Of a stretch of 64,000 nucleotides of DNA, positions 18,716 through 29,670 are shown in pieces (the first letter of the stretch is position 1; the number at the start of each line of letters is the position of its first letter). A program made the translations under genes and the position numbers. A model generated the notes under the pieces. It worked only from the letters and a program-made list of their open reading frames with translations. It searched no databases and was not told where the DNA came from. Source of the stretch: Desulfobacterales bacterium (GTDB lineage: Bacteria; Desulfobacterota; Desulfobacteria; Desulfobacterales; UBA2174); assembly GCA_963668645.2 (NCBI GenBank), contig CAXXWC010000010.1:384001-448000 (forward strand), in the 5' to 3' direction.

Positions 18716-19592
18716 ATCGCCAAATACCGGACTCGGTCCGGGCTTCTGGCTGCCGGCGGCCTGGCTGCTGTTTGTCACGGCGGCGGCCTTGACCGCCGGC
18801 CATTGGCCGGTGCCGCCGCCCGACCGCATGGACTGGCAGCGGCTCAACGCCGCTCCCGGAACCGTGGCTGCCGTCAGCCTCCAACAGGCCGGGCAGGACC
18901 GCCCCCGCCGGTCCTTCACCCACTGGCTGGGGACCGACACGCTGGGCCGGGATCTGGCCTCACGGCTGCTCCACGGGGCGCGCATCTCGCTGGCGGTGGG
19001 TCTGATCGCACCGTTGATCGGCTTTTTGGGCGGCGGCACCCTCGGGTGCCTGGCGGGATATTGCCGCGGGCGCATCGATGCGCTGATCCTGGCGGCTTTC
19101 GACGTAGTCCTGGCCTTTCCGGGGCTGGTATTGCTTTTGGCGGTATCTTTTTTTGTCGGCCGAAACCTGAGCCACCTCATCGTGGCCCTGGGCGTTTTGT
19201 CGGTGCCGGCCTTCGGACGGGTGGCCCGCGCGCGGACCCTGGCCCTGAGCCGTCTGGCCTTTGTCGAGGCGGCCCGCCTGACCGGGGCCGGAAGCCTGGC
19301 GGTCCTGGCGCGCGAAATCGTACCCAACGTGGTGGTGCCGCTGGGCATCTACGGCCTGCTGGTAATGGCGTTCATGATCATGGCCGAAGGGGCCTTGAGC
19401 TTCCTCGGGCTGGGCGTCCCGCCTCCCGCACCCAGCTGGGGCGCCATGATCGCCCAGGGCCGCGAGGTGCTCGAAGAAGCCCCCCACGTGAGCCTGATTC
19501 CGGCCGGCGTGATGTTTCTCACGGTAATGGCCTTCAACCTGATCGGCGACAATCTGCGCCGCCGCCTCGACAACCGCCAAAGCCAGCTATGA
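18705..19592 (+). CDS. DppC/OppC-type permease
   Basis: 'HWLGTDTLGRD', 'FVEAARLTGA', 'LSFLGLGV', 'SWGAMI'. Confidence 0.92.
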   Translation: MAAKSPNTGLGPGFWLPAAWLLFVTAAALTAGHWPVPPPDRMDWQRLNAAPGTVAAVSLQQAGQDRPRRSFTHWLGTDTLGRDLASRLLHGARISLAVGLIAPLIGFLGGGTLGCLAGYCRGRIDALILAAFDVVLAFPGLVLLLAVSFFVGRNLSHLIVALGVLSVPAFGRVARARTLALSRLAFVEAARLTGAGSLAVLAREIVPNVVVPLGIYGLLVMAFMIMAEGALSFLGLGVPPPAPSWGAMIAQGREVLEEAPHVSLIPAGVMFLTVMAFNLIGDNLRRRLDNRQSQL

Positions 19593-20593
19593 CAACGGCA
19601 AACCCCAACCCGTGGTTGCTCGAAATCGACCGCCTCTCGGTGGCCCTGGCCAACGGGCACGGCCGGGTGCCGGTGCTCAGCAATGTATCGCTGACACTGG
19701 CGGCCGGCACGACCCTCGGGCTGGTGGGCGAGTCCGGGTGCGGCAAGAGCCTCCTGGCGCGGACCATCATGCGCATCCTGCCACGGGACGCGGCCGTAGG
19801 CGATGAGGCGGCCGTTTTCTTCGAGGGGCGCGATCTGCTGCGCCTGCCCCGGCGCCAGATGCGCCGGCTGCGGGGCCGGGATCTGGCCATGGTCTTCCAG
19901 GACCCCATGACGACGCTCAATCCGGTGCTCACCGTGGGCCGGCAGATCGACGAGGTGCTGCGCCATCACCGGCGCCTGAGCCGCCGCAACGCCCGCGAGC
20001 GGACCCTGGCCCTGCTCGAGCGCGTGGGCCTGCCCATGGCCGAACGGCGCGTAAACCAGTATCCTCACCAGCTCTCCGGGGGCCTGCGCCAGCGGGTGGC
20101 CATCGCCGCCGCCCTCGCCGCGGAGCCCAAACTGCTCATCGCCGACGAGCCGACCACGGCCCTGGATGTGACCGTTCAGGCTGGGATCCTCAACCTCCTG
20201 TCATGCCTGCAGCGCGACCGCCAGATGGCTATGATCCTGATCACCCACGACCTTTCCGTGGTGGCCGGACGGGCCGACCAGACCGCGGTGATGTACGCCG
20301 GGCGCATCGTCGAACAGGCCCCGACCCGGACGCTTTTCGCCTCGATGCGCATGCCCTACACCCGAGCCCTGATGGCGGCGGTGCCGCGCCTGGACGGTCG
20401 ACCCCATGCCCGGTTCAACGCCATCGGCGGACGGGCGCCGCGCCCGGGCGCCTGGCCTTGCGGGTGCCGTTTCGCCCCGCGCTGCGATCAGGCCCGGACA
20501 CGCTGCCAGCGCCAGGAGCCGCCACTTTTCCAACTGAACGCCAACGGGCACCGCTGCGCCTGCTGGTACCCTCTGGGCAACCATGCCGAATGA
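19589..20593 (+). CDS. DppD/OppD-type ATPase
   Basis: GESGCGKS, YPHQLSGG, IADEPT, C-terminal Cys cluster. Confidence 0.92.
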   Translation: MTTANPNPWLLEIDRLSVALANGHGRVPVLSNVSLTLAAGTTLGLVGESGCGKSLLARTIMRILPRDAAVGDEAAVFFEGRDLLRLPRRQMRRLRGRDLAMVFQDPMTTLNPVLTVGRQIDEVLRHHRRLSRRNARERTLALLERVGLPMAERRVNQYPHQLSGGLRQRVAIAAALAAEPKLLIADEPTTALDVTVQAGILNLLSCLQRDRQMAMILITHDLSVVAGRADQTAVMYAGRIVEQAPTRTLFASMRMPYTRALMAAVPRLDGRPHARFNAIGGRAPRPGAWPCGCRFAPRCDQARTRCQRQEPPLFQLNANGHRCACWYPLGNHAE

Positions 20594-21557
20594 CGCGCAC
20601 CAAAACACGGCCCTGCTTTCCGTCGAAGATCTGGCGGTGGTGTTCCGTCTGGGCCTGGGCCAGCGGCTCGAGGCGGTGGCCGGGATCTCCCTGGCCATCG
20701 CCCCGGGCGAGGCCCTGGGGCTGGTGGGCGAATCCGGATGCGGCAAGACCACCGTGGCCCGGACCATCGTCGGGCTGCAGCGCCCCGCAGCCGGGCGCAT
20801 CTGCTACGAGGGGCGGGACCTGGCCCCTTTAAGCGCCGCGCAACGGCGCGCGCTGCGGCCTCAGATGCAGATGATCTTTCAGGATGCCACGGCCGCGCTC
20901 AACCCGGGACGCAGCGTGGGGCGCAGCGTGGCCGAACCGCTGCGCCGGGTCGCCGGCCTTTGCCGAGCCGCGCGCCACAAAAGGGCCTGCGAGATGCTCC
21001 GTGCCGTGGGCCTCGACCCGCAGGAAGTCTTCGACCTGCGGCCCCACGAATTTTCCGTAGGCCAGTGCCAGCGGATCGGCATCGCCCGGGCCCTGATCCT
21101 CAACCCGCGCCTGTTGGTCTGCGACGAGCCGGTCAGCAGTCTCGACGTGTCGGTTCAGGCCCAGATTCTCAACCTCCTCGTCGGGTTGCAGCGGAGGCGG
21201 CAGCTTGCCATGCTTTTCATTTCCCACGATCTGGCCGTGGTCAAAAACGTCTGCGACCGGGTGGCCGTGATGTATCTGGGCCGGCTGTGCGAAACCGCCG
21301 GCAGCCAGAGTCTCTTCAGCACTCCGCGCCACCCTTACACCGCCACCCTGCTGGCCGCCATTCCGGTGCCGGATCCGAACGCCCCCCTGGCCGGCAACCA
21401 TCTTGCCAGCGACGAAATCCCGTCCCCGGTCCGGCCGCCTTCCGGGTGCCGCTTCCACCCCCGCTGCCACCACGCCACGGACCGCTGCACGCAGGCAACA
21501 CCGCCGATGCGCCCGGCCGGCAACGGCCGTCAGGTGGCCTGCCATCATCCCCTCTGA
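20583..21557 (+). CDS. DppF/OppF-type ATPase
   Basis: GESGCGKT, PHEFSVGQ, CDEP, HPYT, GCRFHPRC. Confidence 0.92.
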   Translation: MPNDAHQNTALLSVEDLAVVFRLGLGQRLEAVAGISLAIAPGEALGLVGESGCGKTTVARTIVGLQRPAAGRICYEGRDLAPLSAAQRRALRPQMQMIFQDATAALNPGRSVGRSVAEPLRRVAGLCRAARHKRACEMLRAVGLDPQEVFDLRPHEFSVGQCQRIGIARALILNPRLLVCDEPVSSLDVSVQAQILNLLVGLQRRRQLAMLFISHDLAVVKNVCDRVAVMYLGRLCETAGSQSLFSTPRHPYTATLLAAIPVPDPNAPLAGNHLASDEIPSPVRPPSGCRFHPRCHHATDRCTQATPPMRPAGNGRQVACHHPL

Positions 21558-21758
21558 GGCCGTCTCGAGTTCGCTAAAACTCTTGTGCCCTTGCGGCAGA
21601 TGGGTAACACTAATAGTCTTAGCAGCGATGAATCCCACGCTTCTGAACGCATCGTTCGTCGAAGGCCGCCGGCGCTGGACAACACGGAATGCTCCCGGCC
21701 AAGATGATCTGCGCCGGTGTGTTGTGTGTTCCGGCATTAGCATCCGAGGAAAAGAACC

Positions 21759-22520
21759 ATGCAATACGCGATGGAGCTGGACAGAAAGCGAAAGCGTTTC
21801 TTCTTTCTCGTTTGCGCAACGATCACCGTCCTGGTTTTCGGACTGTTGTGCGTTATCAATTACCTGGAAAACGATATCCACGAGATCGTGATCAATCTGG
21901 TGGTCATGGCGGTTTTGACCGGCGGCATGCTCGCCTTGAAGATCCGCAACGCGGATCAGGCGATCTACCGAACGGTGCATCTCGTGATCGCCCTGGCATT
22001 TTTCTATTGCGTCTATACCGGCGCGGGCAGGGAATCGGTTCTGTATTGGATTTTCGTCATGCCGCTGTTGTTTTTTACCTTTTTCGGTAAAATAGAAGGG
22101 TTGGGCTGGTCTGTGGCCTTTTCTGGCGGCGTCGGTGTGATCATGCTGGCGCCATGGCTTTCCGGGGCGCATGCATACGGTTATTTCAACACTTCCCGCT
22201 TTTTTATCACCCTGTTTTTCGTCATTGCCATCGGCTACGGGCTGGAGTCCTCGCGCCATGCGTTCGGCCGGTTGCTCGACGAAAGAAACCAGACCCTGCT
22301 GCGCGACAAGCAGCGGCTGGAAGAGGTCCTGGCCAAAGTGAACACCCTGAGCGGTCTGCTGCCCATCTGCGCCGCGTGCAAGCGGATCCGGGACGATCAG
22401 GGCTACTGGAACCAGCTGGAGGCATATTTTAGCGAACACTCGGACGTGGCCTTCAGCCACAGCCTCTGCCCGGAATGCAGCCACAAGCTCTACCCGGACC
22501 TGCTTTCTGACGAAGATTAA
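21759..22520 (+). CDS. Membrane protein with C-terminal Cys/His motif domain
   Basis: About 6 hydrophobic segments, a coiled-coil-like stretch, then 'LLPICAACKRIRDDQGYW..LEAY...FSHSLCPEC'. Confidence 0.8.
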   Translation: MQYAMELDRKRKRFFFLVCATITVLVFGLLCVINYLENDIHEIVINLVVMAVLTGGMLALKIRNADQAIYRTVHLVIALAFFYCVYTGAGRESVLYWIFVMPLLFFTFFGKIEGLGWSVAFSGGVGVIMLAPWLSGAHAYGYFNTSRFFITLFFVIAIGYGLESSRHAFGRLLDERNQTLLRDKQRLEEVLAKVNTLSGLLPICAACKRIRDDQGYWNQLEAYFSEHSDVAFSHSLCPECSHKLYPDLLSDED

Positions 22521-22532
22521 AAGTAAATACGG

Positions 22533-24506
22533 ATGAAAGCCGACAGGAAAGCCAAGGTCAAAGAACGCGCCAAGGTGCGAACGCAGCAAAAGCTCAATGC
22601 GGCGCACGACGAAAAGGTGGACTTTCTGTATCATGAAGCCAGGTGGTTCGTTCAAAACGATCAGTTCGACAAAGCCATCCTCCTTATGGAAAGGGCGCTG
22701 CGTCTGGCCCCGGACAACATCGAGATGATCCGATTCCTCGGCTACCTGGGCCACGAGTCGCAACGCGCCGACGTCGAGCGCAAGGCCCTTTCCCGCCTCT
22801 GGCACATCGAGGCGCTACCCGACGAATTCTACCCGCCATACATCAATCTGATGCTGGAAAAAAAACGATTCGACGACGCCCTGGCGGTTTGCCCAAAAGG
22901 GCTGGCGCGACTGGCCGGCAAGCGGTTCAAGGGAGTTGCCGCCCGGTGCCAGTTCTTCCAGGAAGTCAGTGCGGTATGTCGCCGTTTCGGCAGGGCCGCG
23001 CCAGCGCCGCCGGTACAACCGGCGAAATCAGCAAAATCAGTGCAACCGGCCGCACAGCGGCCATCATCCGCCGGCCGCGCCGGTTCTCCCCGCGCCGCAA
23101 CCGGCCGCTCTGCCGGCCATCCCGGTATCGATCTCCCTGGACCGGGCCGCCTTTCTCAGCGCGCTGACTGCGGGGCGCTTTACCGATCCGGCGGCCTATG
23201 ACCTGTGTCTGCAGGCCCTCCGGCTGCGGTTCCGCGAGTCCTTCGAAAGCCTGATTTGCCTGGCCGGCCTGAAGGGCGTGCACTCGTTGTGGTACCAGGA
23301 GGAAACCGCCCGCAAGGTGATGCGCCGTTTTCACGGCCGGGCCCTGCTGGCCGACGAGGTCGGCCTGGGCAAGACCATCAAAGCGGCGATGGTGCTCAAG
23401 GAGTACCTGTTACGCGGCATGGTCAAAAGGGTGCTGATCCTGGTGCCCACCCCCCCTGGTGAGCCAATGGCAGCAAGTTCGACCTGGCACTGCCGTCCAC
23501 CGACGACGCCGACTTTCGCACCAAGGGCGAAGCCTTCTGGGACGCGCGGGTCGTGGTGGCCTCGATCAACATCGCCAAATCGCGGCGGCACGCCGACATT
23601 GTCTGCCGCCGCGAGTACGATCTGGTCATCGTCGACGAGGCCCACCACCTGAAAAACCGCAGCACCCAGAACTGGAAGCTCGTCAACGCCCTCAAGAAGC
23701 GCTTTTTGCTCCTGCTCACGGCCACCCCGGTGGAAAACAACCTCACGGAGCTGTATAACCTCATCACCCTGCTCAAACCCGGCCAGCTAAGCACCCCGAG
23801 CGAGTTCAAAGCCGAGTTCATGACCCGCGGCGATCCCACCGCGCCGCAGAACCGTGCCCGGCTGCGCCAGCTCCTCGACCAGGTGATGATCCGCAACACC
23901 CGCGCCCTGGCAAGGTCAACCTGCCGTCGCGCTACGCCCATACGGTGCGGATCGATCCCACGGCCCACGAACGCGGGCTCTACCAGCGGGTCACGGATCT
24001 GGTGCGCCGCATCAGCACTGACGACGGCTCGCGGCGCCGGTCGATGCCTTCCGCCCGACCCACGACGTACTGGTCACCACCGAAGTCGGCGGGGAGGGGG
24101 CAACTTGCAGTTCTGCCACCAGATGATCAACTACGATCTGCCATGGAACCCCATGCGCATCGAACAGCGCATCGGGCGCATCCACCACATCGGCCAGGAG
24201 AGCGAGGTCCTCATCCAGAACCTGTGCGCCGCGAAGAGCGCCGAGGACTACATCCTCGAAATCCTCGACCGCAAGATCAACATGTTCGAAATAGTCATCG
24301 GCGAGATCGACATGATTCTGGGACGCATCCGCAGCGAAGCCGAATTTTCCGAGCTGGTCTACGACATCTGGGTCAAGTCGGCCTCCAAGGCGGACCAGGA
24401 CCGGGGCTTCGGCCAGCTCGCGGCCCAACTGGACCGCAGCAAGAACGCCTATCTCCGGTCCCGCTCCCTGGACACCCAGATTTTTGGAGAAAACTACGAA
24501 CTGTAA
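22533..24506 (+). pseudogene. TPR + SNF2-family helicase (YqhH-like), multiply frameshifted and internally deleted
   Basis: Motifs spread over several frames: 'LLADEVGLGKT', 'DEAHH', 'LLLTATP', 'NLQFC..MINYDLPWNPMRIEQRIGRIH'; the segment before the helicase-C motifs looks shortened. Confidence 0.85.
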
Positions 24507-25615
24507 TGAACGGTGCGCTCGTGGCTATCGAACCCTATGACAGCACTCCCCTTGCCGCCACCGCGGATCCGGCCCTGACAGACTTCGTGCGCCGCTTTCT
24601 CGAAGTGGCCGGAGCCGCAGTGGAACCGGTCCCGCACGGCTTTCAAGTCCTGCTGCCCGAGCGGCTCAGCACCCGGTGGGCACTGCCGGAACTGGTGCGG
24701 CTGACCTTCGCCGGAGACGAAGCCGCGCCGGGGCAGCCACCGCCCAGTGTGGCGGCGGGCTACGGATCCCGGATCCTGGAGCAGATGCTCGCCTCCGCCG
24801 GCGCCAGCGTGCCCCTGGCCCGGTGCCAGGCGGTCTTTCACTACCTGAAAAGCGCCGGATTCGAACGCCTGATCCAGGAGCAGTTCCAGTTTCAGGGGGC
24901 TGGAGGCCTCGCCGTGGAAAGCCAGGCGGCGATCCAGACGGCCTACCTGCAGCTCACCTTCATCTATCTGGCCCAGAGCGACGAACAGACCGAAGGGCTG
25001 GTCTACGTGGCCCTCAACCTCGACACCCAGGCCGACGTGAGCGGAATAGAGAAATCCTGGCCAGGCCTCGAAACGGTGCCGGCCGCCGCCGGCACCCCTT
25101 TTCCCTGGGATCCCACCCGGGCCGAAGGGATTCTGGCCTGGGCCGAAAAGCGGGCCCGGGGTTCCGTCGCTGCCGCGCTGGAGGAATTCGAGGCGCGCAT
25201 GAACCGGCGCTTTGCCCGCGATGCCGCCAGCCGGGAGGAGTATTACACGGCGCTGGACCAAGAAATGACTGACAGCCTCGAACGGCCCGGAATCAGCGAG
25301 GCCCTCAAGGCCGAACGGCGCGAAAAGATCGACCTGCTGCCGGCCGAGCGAGCACGTAAGCAGGAAGACCTGTTCAAAAAGTACAGCATCTGCGCCGAGA
25401 TGCTGATCCACACCCCGGCGGTCAAGCTCATGACCCGCCTTCAGGTGGGAAAGGCCAATCGCAGCGTGTCGCTGGTCTACAATCCGATCACCCGCGGTCT
25501 CGATCCCCTGGTCTGCCCGCTTTGCCACGAGAACACCTAGCGGCTGCACTGCAGCCGTACGGCCGCCCCGTGCTGCCTGCGCTGCGCCGCGAAAAGTCAC
25601 GACCATAGCGTTTGA
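24506..25615 (+). pseudogene. YqhG-like partner of the SNF2 helicase; TAG at 25538 interrupts a C-terminal Cys-rich tail
   Basis: TAATG coupling to the helicase; CPLC-HENT-TAG-RLHC...CCLRC continues in frame to TGA 25613-25615. Confidence 0.55.
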
Positions 25616-25683
25616 CTTGACTGCAGGTCCTTGCTATCCCATTTCCAGGAATCTGAAAAAATTACCAATAAGGAAATACTCTA

Positions 25684-27226
25684 TTGCTGTCAGCGGTTGA
25701 ACAAAAGAGGCTGCTGCTCTCCAAGAGTACTGAGGCAAAAACAAAGTCTCAGCTCGGGCAGTTTCTTACGCCCGAAAGAACGGCATCATTTATGGCAGGC
25801 CTTTTCCCTCAAGCAGAAGGAGCTTGTCGCCTTTTGGACCCAGGGGCAGGGATAGGTTCGTTATCTGCCGCATTTTTAGACAGATGGGAAAATGGCGGGT
25901 TTCGTTTTGAGCGCGTTGAAGCAGATGCTTTTGAGGTCGACCCAAATTTGATCCGGCACCTTGTCACAAACGCTGGACAGGTACGATCACCACAGGGGCG
26001 ATTTTGCCGCTAATATTTTTCAAGAAGATTTTATCCATGCCGCCGTTGAATCACTTTCCGGGAATCTGTTTTCAAAGCCCTTAAATCGCTATACGCACGC
26101 CATTCTCAATCCTCCATACAAAAAGATCAACAGCAGTTCAGCGCACCGGCTTGCCCTGCGCCGAGTCGGTATCGAGACGGTTAATCTCTACTCGGCCTTT
26201 GTGGCGCTGGCTGTGGCTTTAGCCGCGCCAGGTGGCCAGATCGTGGCGATCATCCCTCGCAGCTTCTGCAACGGTCCCTATTACCGCCCATTTCGTGACT
26301 TCATCCTTGAGCGGGCCGCCATCCGCCATATGCACCTGTTCGCGTCGCGTAGCAAAGCGTTCAAGGATGACGCGGTCTTGCAGGAAAATATTATTCTGCG
26401 CCTGGAACGCGGCGGCAGGCAGGAAATGGTGACGGTTTCGACTTCCACCGATGACACCTTTATCGACCTTGCCAGCCATAAACACCCGTTCGACCGTATC
26501 GTGTCCCCGGATGATCCTGAACGGTTTATCCATGTGCCAACCTCGTGCAAGAAAAACACCCTCGAGTCATCCAGCGCAATCCACTACACACTGGCCGACT
26601 TGGGGATAAAGGTATCGACCGGGCCGGTAGTCGATTTCCGGCTGAAAGCTCACCTGCGTGAGATGCCGGAGCCGGGCACAGTGCCCCTGCTTTACCCCGG
26701 CCATTTCAGCGGCAACGGCACCACATGGCCCATCGAGGGGATGAAAAAACCCAACGCAATTGAGCGCAACCCCGACACCGAAAAATGGCTTTACCCGAAC
26801 GGTTATTACTGTGTCGTGCGGCGTTTTTCGTCAAAAGAAGAAAAACGCCGGATTGTGGCGGGCGTGGTAGAACCCCGATCATTTGGCGACGCTCCCGTGC
26901 TGGGCTTCGAAAACCACCTGAACCTGTTCCATGAAAATAAGCGGGGCCTGCCCGAACGGCTGGCCCGCGGACTGGCCGTGTTCCTGAACACGACCGTAGT
27001 AGATGAGCATTTCCGGCTCTTCAACGGACATACGCAGGTCAACGCAACCGACCTCAAACTGATGAAGTACCCGAGCCGTAAGGCCCTGATCGAACTTGGC
27101 GAGTGGGCCATGCAACAAGGTTTACTCACCCAAGAGCAGATTGATGCGAAATCCCACTCCGATTCTTACTGCGGGCCGTCTGCGGGTACCGCTTCGGCAA
27201 CCAGGCGGCCGCCGGCCAGGCGATAG
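25684..27226 (+). pseudogene. N6-adenine DNA methyltransferase (Eco57I/BsuBI-PstI-like), frameshift near 25960
   Basis: 'LGQFLTP', 'LLDPGAGIGSL' in 25684-26013; 'ILNPPY', 'NLYSAF', 'GHTQVNATDL' in 25961-27226. Confidence 0.85.
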
Positions 27227-27867
27227 ACCCGGCGGCAGAAGCGGGCCACCAGGTTGGCGTCGTGGCTGATGAGCACGTAGCTGACCCGGCTGCGTGCCTG
27301 GACGCGTTTGAGCAGTGCGAGAATCTCGGCCTGGGTCAGGGCGTCGAGCATGGCGGTGGGCTCGTCGAGGACCAGGACGGCAGGCTCCAGGACCATAGCC
27401 CGGGCGATGGCCGCCCGCTGCAGCTCGCCGCCGGAAAGCTGGTGGGGCTGACGGTGGAGCAAGGCCGGGGCCAGGTCCACCTGTTCGAGGCGACCGGCAA
27501 GATCGGCCGCCGTGGGGCGCGCTTTGCGCAGCATGTAGGCTTCGGCCAGGCTCCTGGCCAGGGTCCAGCGCGGATCGAAGGTCGTTTCCGGGTGCTGAAA
27601 AACCATTTGCAGATCCTGCGCCAGATGCCGGCGCCGGCCGCAGGCCCAAAGATCGGTCCCCTTGTAGCGCAGGATCCCGCGATCCGGCCTGAGTATCCCT
27701 GCCAGCACCATCCCCAGGGTGGTCTTGCCCGCCCCGCTGGGTCCCACCACGCCCACGGTCTCGGCCCGGGACAACGAAAGATCAACGCCTGCGAGGACCA
27801 CGGCCTGGGGCCGGCGCTGCCAGCCGCGGCGATAGGCCTTTTGGATGCCCACGGCTTCAAGCAGCAT
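27166..27867 (-). CDS. Nik/Dpp-type ABC ATPase
   Basis: GPSGAGKT, PHQLSGGELQR, VLDEPT. Confidence 0.9.
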   Translation of the reverse strand: MLLEAVGIQKAYRRGWQRRPQAVVLAGVDLSLSRAETVGVVGPSGAGKTTLGMVLAGILRPDRGILRYKGTDLWACGRRRHLAQDLQMVFQHPETTFDPRWTLARSLAEAYMLRKARPTAADLAGRLEQVDLAPALLHRQPHQLSGGELQRAAIARAMVLEPAVLVLDEPTAMLDALTQAEILALLKRVQARSRVSYVLISHDANLVARFCRRVYRLAGGRLVAEAVPADGPQ

Positions 27868-29670
27868 GGCGCCAACACCTTACCGCGTGCCCCAGGTGGT
27901 AAAAGAGGGGTGGCGCTTTAAGGCAGCGCTCGTCGGCCACGGGGCATCGCAGCCGAAAGCAGCAACCGCTGGCCGGGCCTGGCAATGCCGTTCATCCCGG
28001 TCAGGGAGGGCGGCTTCGAAGCCTCCGGCCGGCCGGGCCGCTACCAGGGCCCGGGTATACGGATGACAAGGCGCATCGAGCAGGTCGGCCGCCGGGGCAT
28101 CCTCTACCACCGTGCCGGCATACATCACCACCACCCGCCCGCCGATGGCCGCAGCAAAATCCAGATCGTGGGTTACCGCCAGGATCGCTTCTTTTTCCAG
28201 CTTGTTGAACAGGGCCACCACCCCGGCCACGGCCTCCGGATCGAGCCCCTTGGTCGGCTCGTCGGCCAGAACCAGGGCCGGCCCTCCGGCCAGGGCCATG
28301 GCCAAAAGGACCCGTTGTTTCATCCCGCCGCTCAGATGATGGGGATACCCGCGGGCGTATCGGGCCGCCCGGGCCAGTCCGGCGGCCTGCAGGCAGGCGG
28401 CGACCTCGGCCCCGGCCCGGCGCCGGCCCCAGCCCAGATGGCGCCTGCCGCGTTCGGCCACCTGGCGGGCTATTGTCAGCACCGGGTTCAGGGCCGCCCC
28501 GACCCCCTGAGGCACATAGGCCGCCATCAGGCCGCGGTAGCGGCGCCGCCGGGCAGGCTCCCAATGGGCGATATCCTCGCCGGCCCAGAAGATCCGCCCG
28601 GCAGATGCGGCCTCCGGCGGCAGCAGGCCAAGAATAGCCAGCAGCAGCAGGCTCTTGCCACTGCCGGTGGCGCCGATCAGGGCGATTTTTTCCCCGGGCT
28701 GGATCTCCAGGTCGAGATTATCGACCACCGGAGCGGCATGACCTGAACCGCTAAAGCTGATGCTGAGCCCGCGAACCGCCAGCAGCGGCGGCAGCACCAG
28801 GGCCTGGCCATCCTTTGCGGGGGCGACATCCCGGGGGCAAACTTCAGCCGGGCAGGATCCGGGTCCGGAATCTGCCTTTACCGCTTCGGCATTGGTGAAC
28901 AGCCCGCCGGCCAGATTGAAGCCTGCCACGCAAAGGGAGATCAATCCCATGGGCGGAATCACCCACCACCAGTACCCGTTGACCAGGGCCCCGGCGGCAA
29001 AGGCGTCGTGAATCATGCTGCCCCAGCTCGGATGGAGCGGATCGCCCAGCCCGAGAAAGCCAATGCCCGCCTCGGCCAGCATGGCCGCTGCCACCGCAAG
29101 AGAGGCCTTGGCCTGCAGCAGCTCCGCACAGTTGGGCAGGATGTGGTGCCCGATAAGGTGGGCATCGCCGGCGCCCATGCTGCGGGCGTTGATCACGAAG
29201 GGCGCTTCGCGCAGACTCAAGACCCGGGCGCGCACCACCCGGGCGGTGGCCGGCCAGGCGGTCAAAGTGATCACCAGGGTGACGTGCACCACCCCGGGCC
29301 CCATGAAGGCGGCCAGAACCACCACCAGCGGCAGGGTGGGAATGAGCAGGAAAACGTCGGTCAGACGCATGAGCAGGTCGTCGGCCCAGGAGCGCCAATA
29401 GCCGGCGGCGCAGCCGACTAGGGCGCCGATGAGAGTGGCGCCCACCGCGGCGCTCACCCCGATGGAAATCGAGGTAACCGATGCCAGGGCCAGCAGGGCC
29501 AACAGATCCCGGCCCGCATTGTCCGTGCCCAGAAGGTGTTCGGCTCCGGGAGCCAGGAAGGGTGCGTGCACCGGGGCCGGATCAAGGCGCGCCAGCACCA
29601 GCAATCCGAAAGCGGCCCCCAGCACCGCTGCGGCGGTCCAGGCCGCCGGCCGCTGGAAACGTTCACCCAA
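27860..29670 (-). CDS. Fused ABC permease-ATPase (DppC-DppD type), 3' frameshift near 27985
   Basis: N-half 'LLGTDNAGRD..ARSMGA..SWG', C-half GATGSGKS/LSGG/DEPT/HPYT; the canonical tail GCCFRLRCP..C..VRCW lies in a shifted frame whose stop overlaps the next start. Confidence 0.85.

Noticed and set aside
16109..19348. 1079-aa minus-strand ORF and other long antisense ORFs
   Set aside because: Shadows of high-GC coding genes with clear motifs on the opposite strand
25538..25540. Pyrrolysine read-through of TAG
   Set aside because: No pyl context; lies in a decaying locus, so a nonsense mutation is simpler
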